The translations under genes and the position numbers were made by a program. DNA of 32,000 bases from Ignavibacteriae bacterium HGW-Ignavibacteriae-2 (GTDB taxonomy: Bacteria > Bacteroidota > Ignavibacteria > Ignavibacteriales > Melioribacteraceae), in contig PGYT01000028.1 in the NCBI GenBank assembly GCA_002839805.1, forward strand, positions 2,320 to 34,319. Direction: 5' to 3'. Shown here piece after piece: positions 18,028 through 27,187 of the stretch. The stretch's first letter is position 1. Each line of letters begins with the position of its first letter. The notes under the pieces were generated by a model that was not told where the DNA came from, ran no database searches, and saw only the letters and a list, made by a program, of their open reading frames with translations.

Positions 18028-19008
18028 ATGTTCTCAATAATAATACCCCTCTATAACAAAGGACCTTATATACTCAATGCGGTTAATTCTGTTTTGGGGC
18101 AAAGTTATTCAAATTTTGAATTAATCATAGTAAATGACGGTTCAACAGATGATAGTTTAGAGAAAATAGGGAGTTATTCAGATCATAGGATTAAAATAAT
18201 TAATCAAAATAACTCCGGGGTTTCCTGGGCTAGAAATAACGGAGTGAAAGAAGCAACTAAAGATTACATCTGTTTTTTGGATGCTGATGATTGGTGGGAT
18301 ATTAATTATTTATCTGAAATGAATAAACTTATTAAAGATTATCCCGAAGCGGGTTTGTATGGTTGTAAATATTCTCTTGTTAAATATGGGATTAAAAAGC
18401 ATGCTACAATTGGACTTGATTCCGATTTTCAGCACGGCTTAATTAATTATTTTAGAGTTTACTCAAAAACTATGTGTATGCCTCTTACCTCTTCATCGGT
18501 TATTATACCTAAAAAAATATTTGAAGAATCAGGGGGATTCAAACCTGAATTAAAATTAGGGGAAGATTTTGATCTTTGGTTAAGAATTGCGGTTAAATAT
18601 AAAGTCGCTTTTTTAAACAAACCGTTGGCCTTTTATAGACAAGATTCGAACGAACTTTATAAAGCTGTCAATTCAAAGAAATTATATAATAAACTGGAAC
18701 ATTATATTTTTCATCTGGATTATTTAAAGGAAGATGAAAAATCAAATCCGGATTTAAAATATTTACTCGATAAAACGAGAGTTGAAAGTTTATATCGTTA
18801 TTATATTTCTAAAATGTATGTGGGAGAAACAGCTCAAATAATTAAAAAAGTTGATTTCTCTAAGCAGCCCACATTAATTCGATTGAAGTATAATTTGCCA
18901 CCGGGAGTTAATAAATTTTGGTTCAACTCCAGGATATGGCTTTCCGGAATTAAACAATTTATTTTAAAATCTTTTTATTTCCTAAGAAATATAAAATATG
19001 TCTACTGA
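18028..19008 (+). CDS. GT2 family glycosyltransferase
   Basis: 326 aa. FSIIIPLYNKGPYI...SQSYSNFELIIVNDGSTDDS, the DAD motif (FLDADDWW) and an ED motif (LGEDFDLWLR). Confidence 0.85.
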   Translation: MFSIIIPLYNKGPYILNAVNSVLGQSYSNFELIIVNDGSTDDSLEKIGSYSDHRIKIINQNNSGVSWARNNGVKEATKDYICFLDADDWWDINYLSEMNKLIKDYPEAGLYGCKYSLVKYGIKKHATIGLDSDFQHGLINYFRVYSKTMCMPLTSSSVIIPKKIFEESGGFKPELKLGEDFDLWLRIAVKYKVAFLNKPLAFYRQDSNELYKAVNSKKLYNKLEHYIFHLDYLKEDEKSNPDLKYLLDKTRVESLYRYYISKMYVGETAQIIKKVDFSKQPTLIRLKYNLPPGVNKFWFNSRIWLSGIKQFILKSFYFLRNIKYVY

Positions 19009-20422
19009 AAACAATAAAATTACGTTTTTATCCAATTATTTCACATCCAAAGCGATTCTACTTTATGTGATGCTGCTTAGTATCTGTTCTGTATTATTTA
19101 TTAATTACAGCCTTCCATTGATATGGATACTATTTGGGTTGATCGAAGTTATTTCATTTTTCTATTTTTCAAATATACTTACGATTAAATGGGCACATAT
19201 ATCGGAGAAAGAGTTTAAGAAAAGAGTATTTCTTACTTCCTTAACAATACGGATTCTTTATGTAGTTATTATTTACTTTTTCTTTGAATACATGACCGGG
19301 AAACCATTTGAATTTTCCGCGGCGGATTCAGAAGGTTATCATAACGAAGCTCTCTGGATAATAGATTTATTAGGGCAAGGCAGGTTTAGTGCTTATTTTA
19401 CTGAATATACAAGAGATTATGGCGACCGCGGCTATCCGCTATTTCTATTCGGTATTTATTTTATTTTTGGAAGCAGTATTATTATTCCCAGGCTTGTGAA
19501 CGCATTTCTCGGTGCCTGGATGAGCATAATAACATATAAATTGGTAAAAAGAAATTTCGGTGAATCCCCAGCCAGAATCGCAGCTATCTTAACTATGTTA
19601 TTGCCTAACCTGATTTATTATAGTGGTTTAACCCTAAAAGAGACTCTAATGGTCTTTCTTTTTGTGGCATTTATTGAGAGAGCTCAATATTTTCTTGATT
19701 CAAATAGAAAACGACTGCCCATTTTAATTACGGCCATAATGCTCGGTACATCACTATTCTTTTTCCGAACTGTACTCGCTACATCAGCCTGGTTGTCTAT
19801 ATTCGTTTATATTACCTTCAATAAAAAAATTGGTATACCTATTGTAATCAGGGCAATATTTTTAGTAATATTTGTTTTAATATCATATAAATCTTTGCCG
19901 GATCAAATTGTAAGTGAAGTGAATTATTACATTCTAAATAGTGAAAATAATCTTGAATCCCAGATGATTCATTTTAGCAACCGAACAGGGGGCAATAAAT
20001 ATGCACAATTTGCCTCAAAAACAATTTTATCGCCGCTTGTCCTCATCGGTCCTATTCCAACTTTAGTGGATACGGCGCAACCCAATCCGATGATGATTAA
20101 TGGAGCTATGTTTGTAAGGAATGTTTTTGTATTTTTCGCGATTTTTGGAACAATTATTATTTTTAGAAAAAAATTATTTTTACAATATTCATTATTATTT
20201 ATTACGTTGTTTTCATATCTATTTATACTCTCGTTTAGTGGATTTGCGCTATCGGAGCGTTACCATCTGCCTTCAATTCCTTTTTTAATTATATTTGCGA
20301 GTTACGGCATCTCTGAGCTAAACAAAAAACATTTCAAATACTATATTCCATACTTGGTGGGTATTTTTGTGCTGGTGATTGCCTGGAATTGGTTTAAATT
20401 GGCAGGTAGAGGACTTATCTAA
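18998..20422 (+). CDS. Polytopic membrane protein: GT-C (ArnT/PMT_2-like) glycosyltransferase or O-antigen polymerase candidate
   Basis: 474 aa, about 14 hydrophobic segments. An acidic loop AADSEGYH follows TM3. The block PRLVNAFLGAWMSIITYKLVKRNFGESPARIAAILTMLLPNLIYYS resembles the ArnT/PMT_2 pattern. A ~70-aa hydrophilic loop before the last four TMs is Wzy-like. It overlaps the GT2 by 11 nt. Confidence 0.5.
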   Translation: MSTENNKITFLSNYFTSKAILLYVMLLSICSVLFINYSLPLIWILFGLIEVISFFYFSNILTIKWAHISEKEFKKRVFLTSLTIRILYVVIIYFFFEYMTGKPFEFSAADSEGYHNEALWIIDLLGQGRFSAYFTEYTRDYGDRGYPLFLFGIYFIFGSSIIIPRLVNAFLGAWMSIITYKLVKRNFGESPARIAAILTMLLPNLIYYSGLTLKETLMVFLFVAFIERAQYFLDSNRKRLPILITAIMLGTSLFFFRTVLATSAWLSIFVYITFNKKIGIPIVIRAIFLVIFVLISYKSLPDQIVSEVNYYILNSENNLESQMIHFSNRTGGNKYAQFASKTILSPLVLIGPIPTLVDTAQPNPMMINGAMFVRNVFVFFAIFGTIIIFRKKLFLQYSLLFITLFSYLFILSFSGFALSERYHLPSIPFLIIFASYGISELNKKHFKYYIPYLVGIFVLVIAWNWFKLAGRGLI

Positions 20423-20567
20423 TTAAATCGGATCATATCTATTAAAAATTTTTGAACCAATCTTAGAATATTTCCGATCGCTTAATACTATAAAAATTAT
20501 TTGCCGCTTGGAATAAAAATTAAATATTCATCAAATACATTATTTGTCGATTTGGATCTGGATTTAA

Positions 20568-21617
20568 ATGAAAATTGTGCACATGTCATTCGGTTTGGCT
20601 AATGGTGGAAAAGAAAATATGCTTGCTGATATCGCAAATCATCAACAGCAAGCCGGGAACGAAGTTGCTATCGTAATAATAAATAAAGGCATTGAGGAAA
20701 GCATCATATCGCGTATTTCGCCATCCATTAAAATTTATAAATTGTCACGCAATCCAGGAAGTAAAAGCGTTAATCATTTACTGAAATTGATATTGATTCT
20801 AAATATCAAATTTAGACCCGATGTTATCCATTGTCATGATTCCCATTTAGGTAGATTACTCCGGTATATTTGCAATGCCCGAAGAGTTCTAACAATTCAT
20901 GGAATGGGAATAGATGTAAATTCGTTTGATCATTTTGACAAATTATTTGCAATTTCAAGTGCAGTTAAAGATGATGTTGAAAGTCGTGGAGGGCCTCATT
21001 GCAAAATTGTTTTTAATGGAATTAATAATACTGCAATTAAACAAAAGAATTTTAATTCGAAACAAAATCAAGAACTTTTTAATATTGTTATGGTAAAGAG
21101 ACTCAACCATACAAGAACTGGTCAAGACTTATTAATAAAAGCAGCGGGAATTTTAATCAATCAATTAGGTATGAAAAATATTCGCTTTTATTTTGTTGGT
21201 GATGGAATTTCAAGAACATATCTTGAAAAAATGATTGATCAAACAAATTTAAATAATTTTGTTTTTCTACTTGGGAATAAAACCCGAGAGTGGGTGTATG
21301 AAAATTTGTGCTGTTATGATTTGGTTGTCCTGCCCAGTCGTTTTGAAGGTTTCGGGTTAACTATAATAGAAGCTATGGCTGCTAAAGTACCTGTAATAGC
21401 TTCAAAAATAGATGGGCCGATTGAAATATTAGAAAATGAAAAATTTGGGTTTTTGTTTGAAAATAATAATTATGATGAACTTGCTAAGAAAATATTGGAA
21501 GTTTTAGAGTTATATAATACCGGACAGATTATCAACAAAGTAAATCTTGCATATGACAATTGTCTCCTGAAATTCACCATCAAACAAACTGCGGCTAATT
21601 ATTTATTGGAGTATTAA
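20568..21617 (+). CDS. GT4 (GT-B, group 1) glycosyltransferase
   Basis: 349 aa. EX7E-type C-terminal signature LPSRFEGFGLTIIEAMAAKVPVIASKIDGPIEIL. Confidence 0.85.
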   Translation: MKIVHMSFGLANGGKENMLADIANHQQQAGNEVAIVIINKGIEESIISRISPSIKIYKLSRNPGSKSVNHLLKLILILNIKFRPDVIHCHDSHLGRLLRYICNARRVLTIHGMGIDVNSFDHFDKLFAISSAVKDDVESRGGPHCKIVFNGINNTAIKQKNFNSKQNQELFNIVMVKRLNHTRTGQDLLIKAAGILINQLGMKNIRFYFVGDGISRTYLEKMIDQTNLNNFVFLLGNKTREWVYENLCCYDLVVLPSRFEGFGLTIIEAMAAKVPVIASKIDGPIEILENEKFGFLFENNNYDELAKKILEVLELYNTGQIINKVNLAYDNCLLKFTIKQTAANYLLEY

Positions 21618-21742
21618 TCAACAGATATTTTTATTTAATTAGGTATAAAAATGTTTTTTCAACATGAAAAACTAATTTATAACACAATTCTTTGTTCAAT
21701 TTGAGTAAATGGATTACATATAGTATTAATATAATTCAATGA

Positions 21743-21770
21743 TTGATTCTAAATTCGATATACATATAAT
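21743..21770 (+). promoter_or_regulatory. Candidate sigma70-like promoter (TTGATT, 16 nt spacer, TATAAT) in the largest intergenic gap
   Basis: TTGATT at 21743-21748 and a perfect TATAAT at 21765-21770, about 175 nt upstream of ATG 21946. Such matches are common by chance in AT-rich spacers. Confidence 0.2.
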
Positions 21771-21945
21771 GTTTAGAATTTAATATTTTCATTTACAAAA
21801 TTCGTCAAAAACATTCATTACATCTCATTCTATAATTTAAACTACCTATGAAATTTAACGTATCAAATAAGATATTCATCGAATATGAGATTAAGTTATT
21901 TAGAAGATCTTTGATTTTCTGTACTTCTATATTTTCCTAAACATT

Positions 21946-23088
21946 ATGAAAAAGAGAATAAAACAAATAGCGGTGCTAGCATATCATTCCATTGGCAAGA
22001 AAAATATAAATTGGAATAGGAATTTCCTGACTGTGGAATTTGAGCAATTTCAAAATCAACTAGAATACATCTCAAAAAAATTTAATGTTATTAGTTTAAA
22101 TGAATATTATGAAATTAGAAGTGGATTAAAAGATGCCAAACCCAATTCCATAGTTATTACAATAGATGACGGATATTTAGATAATTGGATTTGGGCTTAC
22201 CCGTCATTGAAAAAATATGGTTTAAAAGCAACAATTTTTATTAGTCCAGAATTTGTTGATCCTCGTAATGGCTTAAGACCGAATTTAGATGATGTTGAAC
22301 CCGGTAAGAAATTATTAAAAGAAGTGGAAGATTGGGGATATCTTACATGGGATGAGATGAGGAGTATGGAAGAATCAGGACTTATTGATATTCAATCGCA
22401 TACAATGACGCATACAAAATATTTTATAAGCGATAAACTTATGAAATTTCATTACAAAGATTCTGATAGCCTTTATGTAATTAGTAATTTGTACCCAGAA
22501 AAAAAACCATATCATATCAATAATCTTGATTTTAATAAATTAATACCTATAGGTTACCCTATCTTTGAGGAGGCTTCATCAGTTATTGCAAGGAAAGTTA
22601 CTATTAATCCCGATTTTAACAATGAAGTAATAGATCAACTTAAAGATTATCAATTTACCAACTCGAATTTTGACACTGCCTTTAATTTGATTAAAGGAAC
22701 TTATCTCAAATACAGAAATAGTGAAAACTTAATAATTAAAAAAGAGTCAGAAAGTGAATATTTGGATCGGGTAACTTATGAATTAAAAGAATCAAAAAGT
22801 ATTATAGAGAAAAATCTTAATAAAGAGGTCAAATACCTTTGCTGGCCGCACGGGGATAACAATGAAATTGTTCAAAAGTTAGCTCTTGAGATAGGTTATA
22901 AAATGACTACAGCAGGGATTCTTGATGTAAATCAAAATGATACGACGAGAATACCATGGCGCATTGGTATTGATATTAGTTCATTCAAAAAAAAGTTAAA
23001 ATTTAATTTTAAATTGTCAGCCTTACTTGGGGAATTTCCATATTCACCAATCTATAAATTTGCTCGATATTTAAAAAAACTCAAATAG
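21946..23088 (+). CDS. Polysaccharide deacetylase (CE4 / NodB-homology family)
   Basis: 380 aa. Motifs VLAYHSI, ITIDDGYLDNW (DD metal/catalytic motif), QSHTMTH (His-His) and CWPHGDNN. Confidence 0.8.
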   Translation: MKKRIKQIAVLAYHSIGKKNINWNRNFLTVEFEQFQNQLEYISKKFNVISLNEYYEIRSGLKDAKPNSIVITIDDGYLDNWIWAYPSLKKYGLKATIFISPEFVDPRNGLRPNLDDVEPGKKLLKEVEDWGYLTWDEMRSMEESGLIDIQSHTMTHTKYFISDKLMKFHYKDSDSLYVISNLYPEKKPYHINNLDFNKLIPIGYPIFEEASSVIARKVTINPDFNNEVIDQLKDYQFTNSNFDTAFNLIKGTYLKYRNSENLIIKKESESEYLDRVTYELKESKSIIEKNLNKEVKYLCWPHGDNNEIVQKLALEIGYKMTTAGILDVNQNDTTRIPWRIGIDISSFKKKLKFNFKLSALLGEFPYSPIYKFARYLKKLK

Positions 23089-23103
23089 GATAAAGTTTAA
23101 TAA

Positions 23104-24156
23104 ATGAAAATATCATTTCTTGGTGACATTTCGTTAAATGATGATTACGTCGAGTATTATAAGAACGGTGTTAATCCATTTCTCAATCTTCAAACAATTC
23201 TAAAATCAGATGATTATGTAGTAGGAAATTTAGAGTGTTTAACAAAAGGTGAGAAAGGCGAGAATTTATTAAAGAAACCCAGATTGACCACAACTGTTGA
23301 AACTCTAAATTATTTGAAATTATTGAATGTTAATATAGTATCACTCGCGCATAATCATGTTTATGATCATCTTGAAGATGGATTTGTGAAAACCACGGAA
23401 TTTCTGCATTCAAATTCTATTCGATATTTGGGTGCCGGACTAACGATGAAAGAAGCAAAAAAACCGATTATCTTATCTGGAGATGAATTTAAAATTGGAT
23501 TCTTAAATTTTGTTACTAATGATACACATCCAAATTTACCCGAGAATGCGCCAATTATTCTGAATTATTTTGCTGAGGATTCAGTTACAAAGGAAATCAA
23601 AGAATTAAAAGATTCTGTAGATCATATTGTATTGTTATTACATTGGGGCGGCAGGGTAGAAGGGGGAATGTTCCCGGATTTTGATCAACCACAATTAGCC
23701 CGAAGATTGATTGATGCCGGGGCAGATTTAATAATTGGTCACCACTCACATACATTTCATCCATATGAGTTATATAAGGGTAAATATATTTTTTACAGTC
23801 TTGGTAATTTCTGTTTTTCCGACTTTATATTTGATGGAAGAAAACATCATATGCCCCCCTCAAGAATGGTGACGGGTATAGTCAGTATAACATTTTCAAA
23901 AAATAATTATTCGGTGGAGACAAATTTTTTTCTGAATCAAAAAACCCAATATTTGTTTTTACCAGATTATAATAAGAAACTAAAAATCAGAAATAATTTA
24001 TTCAGAAATGTTTTAAAGTTTCATTCATTTTGGCGTATTTATTATGTATACAAGAAATATTTTATGCCAGTAAAGAATTTTATTTCAAGAAATGACTTGG
24101 ATCTTTTCGAAAAACTAAAAAGAATTTCTAAAGCATTTAAGAGACGTTTAACATGA
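23104..24156 (+). CDS. CapA/PGA_cap family metallophosphatase-like protein
   Basis: 350 aa. The block series ISFLGDISLND, GNLECLT, VSLAHNHVYDH, LLHWGGRVEG, IIGHHSHTFHPYE and YSLGNFCF is characteristic of the CapA (poly-gamma-glutamate capsule) family. Confidence 0.8.
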   Translation: MKISFLGDISLNDDYVEYYKNGVNPFLNLQTILKSDDYVVGNLECLTKGEKGENLLKKPRLTTTVETLNYLKLLNVNIVSLAHNHVYDHLEDGFVKTTEFLHSNSIRYLGAGLTMKEAKKPIILSGDEFKIGFLNFVTNDTHPNLPENAPIILNYFAEDSVTKEIKELKDSVDHIVLLLHWGGRVEGGMFPDFDQPQLARRLIDAGADLIIGHHSHTFHPYELYKGKYIFYSLGNFCFSDFIFDGRKHHMPPSRMVTGIVSITFSKNNYSVETNFFLNQKTQYLFLPDYNKKLKIRNNLFRNVLKFHSFWRIYYVYKKYFMPVKNFISRNDLDLFEKLKRISKAFKRRLT

Positions 24157-25460
24157 ATATTACTAAAATATCAGACTTTCTATCGGGCAAGAATGTTGAA
24201 GAGTATTATCAACTTTATAAAAGTACTCAATGGTACGACAAAAAAAGAATGGAAGAGTACCAGTTTAATAAATTACGCAACCTGATTATACATGTGCATG
24301 AAAATGTGCCTTTCTATAAAAAATATATGGCCGATAAGGATATAACACCTGATGATTTTACATCTATTAAATCCCTGGAGTTATTTCCAATTATCACAAA
24401 AGAAATTATTCAGGATAATTATAAAGCTTTTATCCCTGAAAATATTGAGAAAATAAAAGGAGTGAAAACTGGTCAGACTGGCGGCACAACAGGCAATATT
24501 TTATATAATAGAAATGATGCGGCCACTAGAAGTTCAACCTGGGCGGCTTTTAAAAGATTTGAAGACTGGATGAAAATAACTAGAAATGACAAAACTTTAT
24601 CACTTATGGGTGGTCATGTAATAGGGCATCAAATTAAACATCGAATCAAAAATAGTGTTAAGGGTATTCTTAAGAATAAAATATCTTTTAGTCCTTATGA
24701 TACTTCGGAAGAAAATATAAATAACATAATAGAAGTTTTAAAAAGTAAAAATATTTCTTTTATTCGTAGTTATAGCCAGTTTTTATTTTCTCTGAGTCAT
24801 AGACTAAAAAATGAAGGATTATCATTTAATATTAAGGCAATATCGACTACCGCTGAACCTCTTACCGAAGAGCACAGGAAGTTATTTAAAGAAGTATTTA
24901 ATGCGGAAATTTTTGATCAATATGGTTTTGGTGAAATTGGCGGAGTTGCTTTTGAATGTGAACACCATAAAGGTTTGCATATTACAGAAGAAAGAGCAAT
25001 TGTTGAAGTAAATGATAATAATGAGTTAATAGTAACTGATCTCGATAATTACGCAATGCCTTTTTTAAGGTATTGGAATGCTGATCAGGCTATCATTGAC
25101 GAGGAACTCTGTAGTTGTGGCAGGAAGAGTGCGCTCATAAAAAAAATTATGGGCCGGACTTGTGATTATATTATCGGATTAAATGGAGAGTTTTTACATT
25201 GGGCGTATTTTTGGCATCTCCTATTCGATAGTGAGATTGCTAAAACTAAAAATCTAAGAAAATTTCAGGTTAGACAAAAATCAAGAGATGAGTTATTAAT
25301 TAGATTAGTATCTGATCCAATATCTCCAGAGCTTCAGAATATTCTCATTTCAAATATTCAGAGCAGGATCGGGGCCATTCAAATTCGTTTTTCTTTTGAA
25401 AAAGATATAGAAAATTCAGCTTCAGGGAAGTATAGACCGGTAGTAAATGAATTATTATAA
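24153..25460 (+). CDS. CapK / phenylacetate-CoA-ligase-like adenylate-forming enzyme (ANL superfamily, F390-synthetase related)
   Basis: 435 aa. N-terminal NVPFYKKYM...LELFPIITKE, P-loop-like TGQTGGTTGN, and DQYGFGEIGGVAFECEHHKGLH. ATGA overlap with the CapA-like gene. Confidence 0.75.
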   Translation: MNITKISDFLSGKNVEEYYQLYKSTQWYDKKRMEEYQFNKLRNLIIHVHENVPFYKKYMADKDITPDDFTSIKSLELFPIITKEIIQDNYKAFIPENIEKIKGVKTGQTGGTTGNILYNRNDAATRSSTWAAFKRFEDWMKITRNDKTLSLMGGHVIGHQIKHRIKNSVKGILKNKISFSPYDTSEENINNIIEVLKSKNISFIRSYSQFLFSLSHRLKNEGLSFNIKAISTTAEPLTEEHRKLFKEVFNAEIFDQYGFGEIGGVAFECEHHKGLHITEERAIVEVNDNNELIVTDLDNYAMPFLRYWNADQAIIDEELCSCGRKSALIKKIMGRTCDYIIGLNGEFLHWAYFWHLLFDSEIAKTKNLRKFQVRQKSRDELLIRLVSDPISPELQNILISNIQSRIGAIQIRFSFEKDIENSASGKYRPVVNELL

Positions 25461-25490
25461 TTTTTTTAATTATATCTGCGTTGTATTTCT

Positions 25491-26420
25491 ATGAGAATTT
25501 TATTTGTTTACAGAGGATATGGGCAAAACTTGTCCAATAGTGTGATAGATTTCCAAAGAGATTCCTTGACCAAATCCGGAATTGATATCGAAACGTTTGT
25601 TATCACAGAATCTAAAGTTAAAGGTTATTTATCTGCTATTAAAAAGTTGAAAGTGTTTCTTAGAAAAAATAAGATAGACATAATTCACGCGCATTACAGT
25701 TTTTCGGGTTTCGTATCAAAACTGGCTTCCTCAAAGGAAAAAGTAATTTGTTCATTGATGGGATCCGATTTATTGCAGCAAAATATTATCGTAAAGTTTG
25801 TAACAAGAATTTTCTCTAATTTTTTATGGGATGCTACTATAGTAAAAAGTGATCAAATGAAAGCTCTTTTGCCAAAAGCTTTTTTAATTCCTAATGGGGT
25901 CGATTTTTCTAATTTCAGAGTAATTCCCAAAATGGAAGCACTTAAATTTACAGGTTATGATTCATTGAAAAGGAATATCATTTTTGTCGCTCAGGATCCC
26001 GATTCAGTTGTAAAAAACTATAAATTGGCTAAAAAAAGCGTTGAGTTTCTGAACGATAGAAATGTTGAGTTACATATAGTTTCAAACAAATCATTTGAGG
26101 AACTTCCCTATTATTATAACTCCGCGGATTTAATTCTATTAACATCATTGTCTGAAGGGTCTCCAAATGTAATTAAAGAATCAATGGCTTGCAATACGCC
26201 AGTAGTTTCTGTAGATGTTGGCGATATCAGAACGATTATTAGCGATACTGACGGGTGTTATATTGCCTCATATGATCACATGGATATTGCGGAAAAAATT
26301 AAATTAGTCCTAAATAGGGATAAAAAAACTAATGGGCGCGAAAAAATTCGGCATCTGAACAGTAATTATATTGCCAATGAAATCATTTCTGTTTATAATA
26401 AATTTGTTGACCCCAGCTAA
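25491..26420 (+). CDS. GT4 glycosyltransferase (short, TuaC-like)
   Basis: 309 aa. MRILFVYRG start. C-terminal ADLILLTSLSEGSPNVIKESMACNTPVVSVDVGD signature. Confidence 0.8.
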   Translation: MRILFVYRGYGQNLSNSVIDFQRDSLTKSGIDIETFVITESKVKGYLSAIKKLKVFLRKNKIDIIHAHYSFSGFVSKLASSKEKVICSLMGSDLLQQNIIVKFVTRIFSNFLWDATIVKSDQMKALLPKAFLIPNGVDFSNFRVIPKMEALKFTGYDSLKRNIIFVAQDPDSVVKNYKLAKKSVEFLNDRNVELHIVSNKSFEELPYYYNSADLILLTSLSEGSPNVIKESMACNTPVVSVDVGDIRTIISDTDGCYIASYDHMDIAEKIKLVLNRDKKTNGREKIRHLNSNYIANEIISVYNKFVDPS

Positions 26421-26446
26421 CCAAATTCTATTGATTAATAAAAGCT

Positions 26447-26532
26447 AATTGAAATTTAAGCAATGCTAACACTACGTCAATTTCAAAATAATGTATTCTA
26501 TATAATGTTGGAATTAAAATTTCAATTTAAGC
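26447..26532. promoter_or_regulatory. Repeat-bracketed candidate promoter/operator upstream of the hisH-like gene
   Basis: AATTGAAATTT (26447-26457) is the perfect reverse complement of AAATTTCAATT (26517-26527). As direct 15-mers, AATTGAAATTTAAGC (26447-26461) and AATTTCAATTTAAGC (26518-26532) match 13/15. A third core AATTTCAA lies at 26479-26486, and a perfect TATAAT at 26501-26506 sits between the repeats. Confidence 0.25.
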
Positions 26533-26578
26533 GAGATATGTTTTATTATTATGGATAATTATTTAGGGTAAATATTAA

Positions 26579-27187
26579 GTGACTATTATCGTTGATTATA
26601 ATATGGGTAACTTGCGCTCAGTTCAAAAATCGTTTGAGAGAATAAATGTAGATGCAAAAATATCAGATAATCCAGATGATATTATCAGTGCCGAAAAACT
26701 TATACTACCGGGGGTAGGTCATTTTTCACAGGGCATGAAAAATCTGACTGCCAAGGGTTTAATATCACCGTTAAATAAAGCTGTTCTTGAAAAAAAAACT
26801 CCTATACTGGGAATATGTTTAGGTATGCAATTAATGACTAAATTTAGTGAAGAAGGCAATCTTAAAGGCCTATCCTGGATTGATGCTGATGTAAAAAAAA
26901 TTAGTGTTGAAAATACAAATTTAAGAATACCTCATATGGGATGGAATTCAATAGATGTTTTGAAAAGTAATTCAATACTCAATAATATTCCTCAAAATAA
27001 TTTGCTGTATTTTGTTCACTCATATTATGTAAAGTGTGACAACTTGGATAATGTTTTGGCAACTACTGAATATGGAATTCCATTTGTCTCCTCTTTTCAA
27101 AATCAGAATATTTTTGGCTGTCAATTTCATCCGGAAAAAAGTTATGATGATGGATTGACTATTTTAAATAATTTTAATCTAATGTGA
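26579..27187 (+). CDS. hisH: Glutamine amidotransferase, HisH paralog (WbuY-type, partner of N-acetyl sugar amidotransferase)
   Basis: 202 aa with a GTG start. Class-I GATase triad: Cys in GICLGMQL, and His/Glu in QFHPEKS. It is followed directly by HisF-like and WbuX-like genes, not by his operon genes. Confidence 0.85.
   Translation: MTIIVDYNMGNLRSVQKSFERINVDAKISDNPDDIISAEKLILPGVGHFSQGMKNLTAKGLISPLNKAVLEKKTPILGICLGMQLMTKFSEEGNLKGLSWIDADVKKISVENTNLRIPHMGWNSIDVLKSNSILNNIPQNNLLYFVHSYYVKCDNLDNVLATTEYGIPFVSSFQNQNIFGCQFHPEKSYDDGLTILNNFNLM

Noticed and set aside
21746-21779. 8-bp inverted repeat ATTCTAAA...TTTAGAAT flanking the TATAAT at 21765-21770
   Set aside because: By a rough estimate, several 8-bp inverted repeats are expected by chance in a ~330-nt spacer that is ~80% A+T. 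It is not distinguishable from background.
23104-24156. CapA-like gene as evidence for a poly-gamma-glutamate capsule operon
   Set aside because: No CapB (Mur-ligase-like synthetase) or CapC is present in the window. The neighbours are polysaccharide enzymes.
3644-25011. Alternate-frame + strand ORFs (3644-3829, 10349-10567, 24811-25011)
   Set aside because: They overlap strongly supported genes in another frame, are 61-72 aa, and have no motifs. The hydrophobic 3644 ORF is better explained by the in-frame upstream extension of the 3703 gene.
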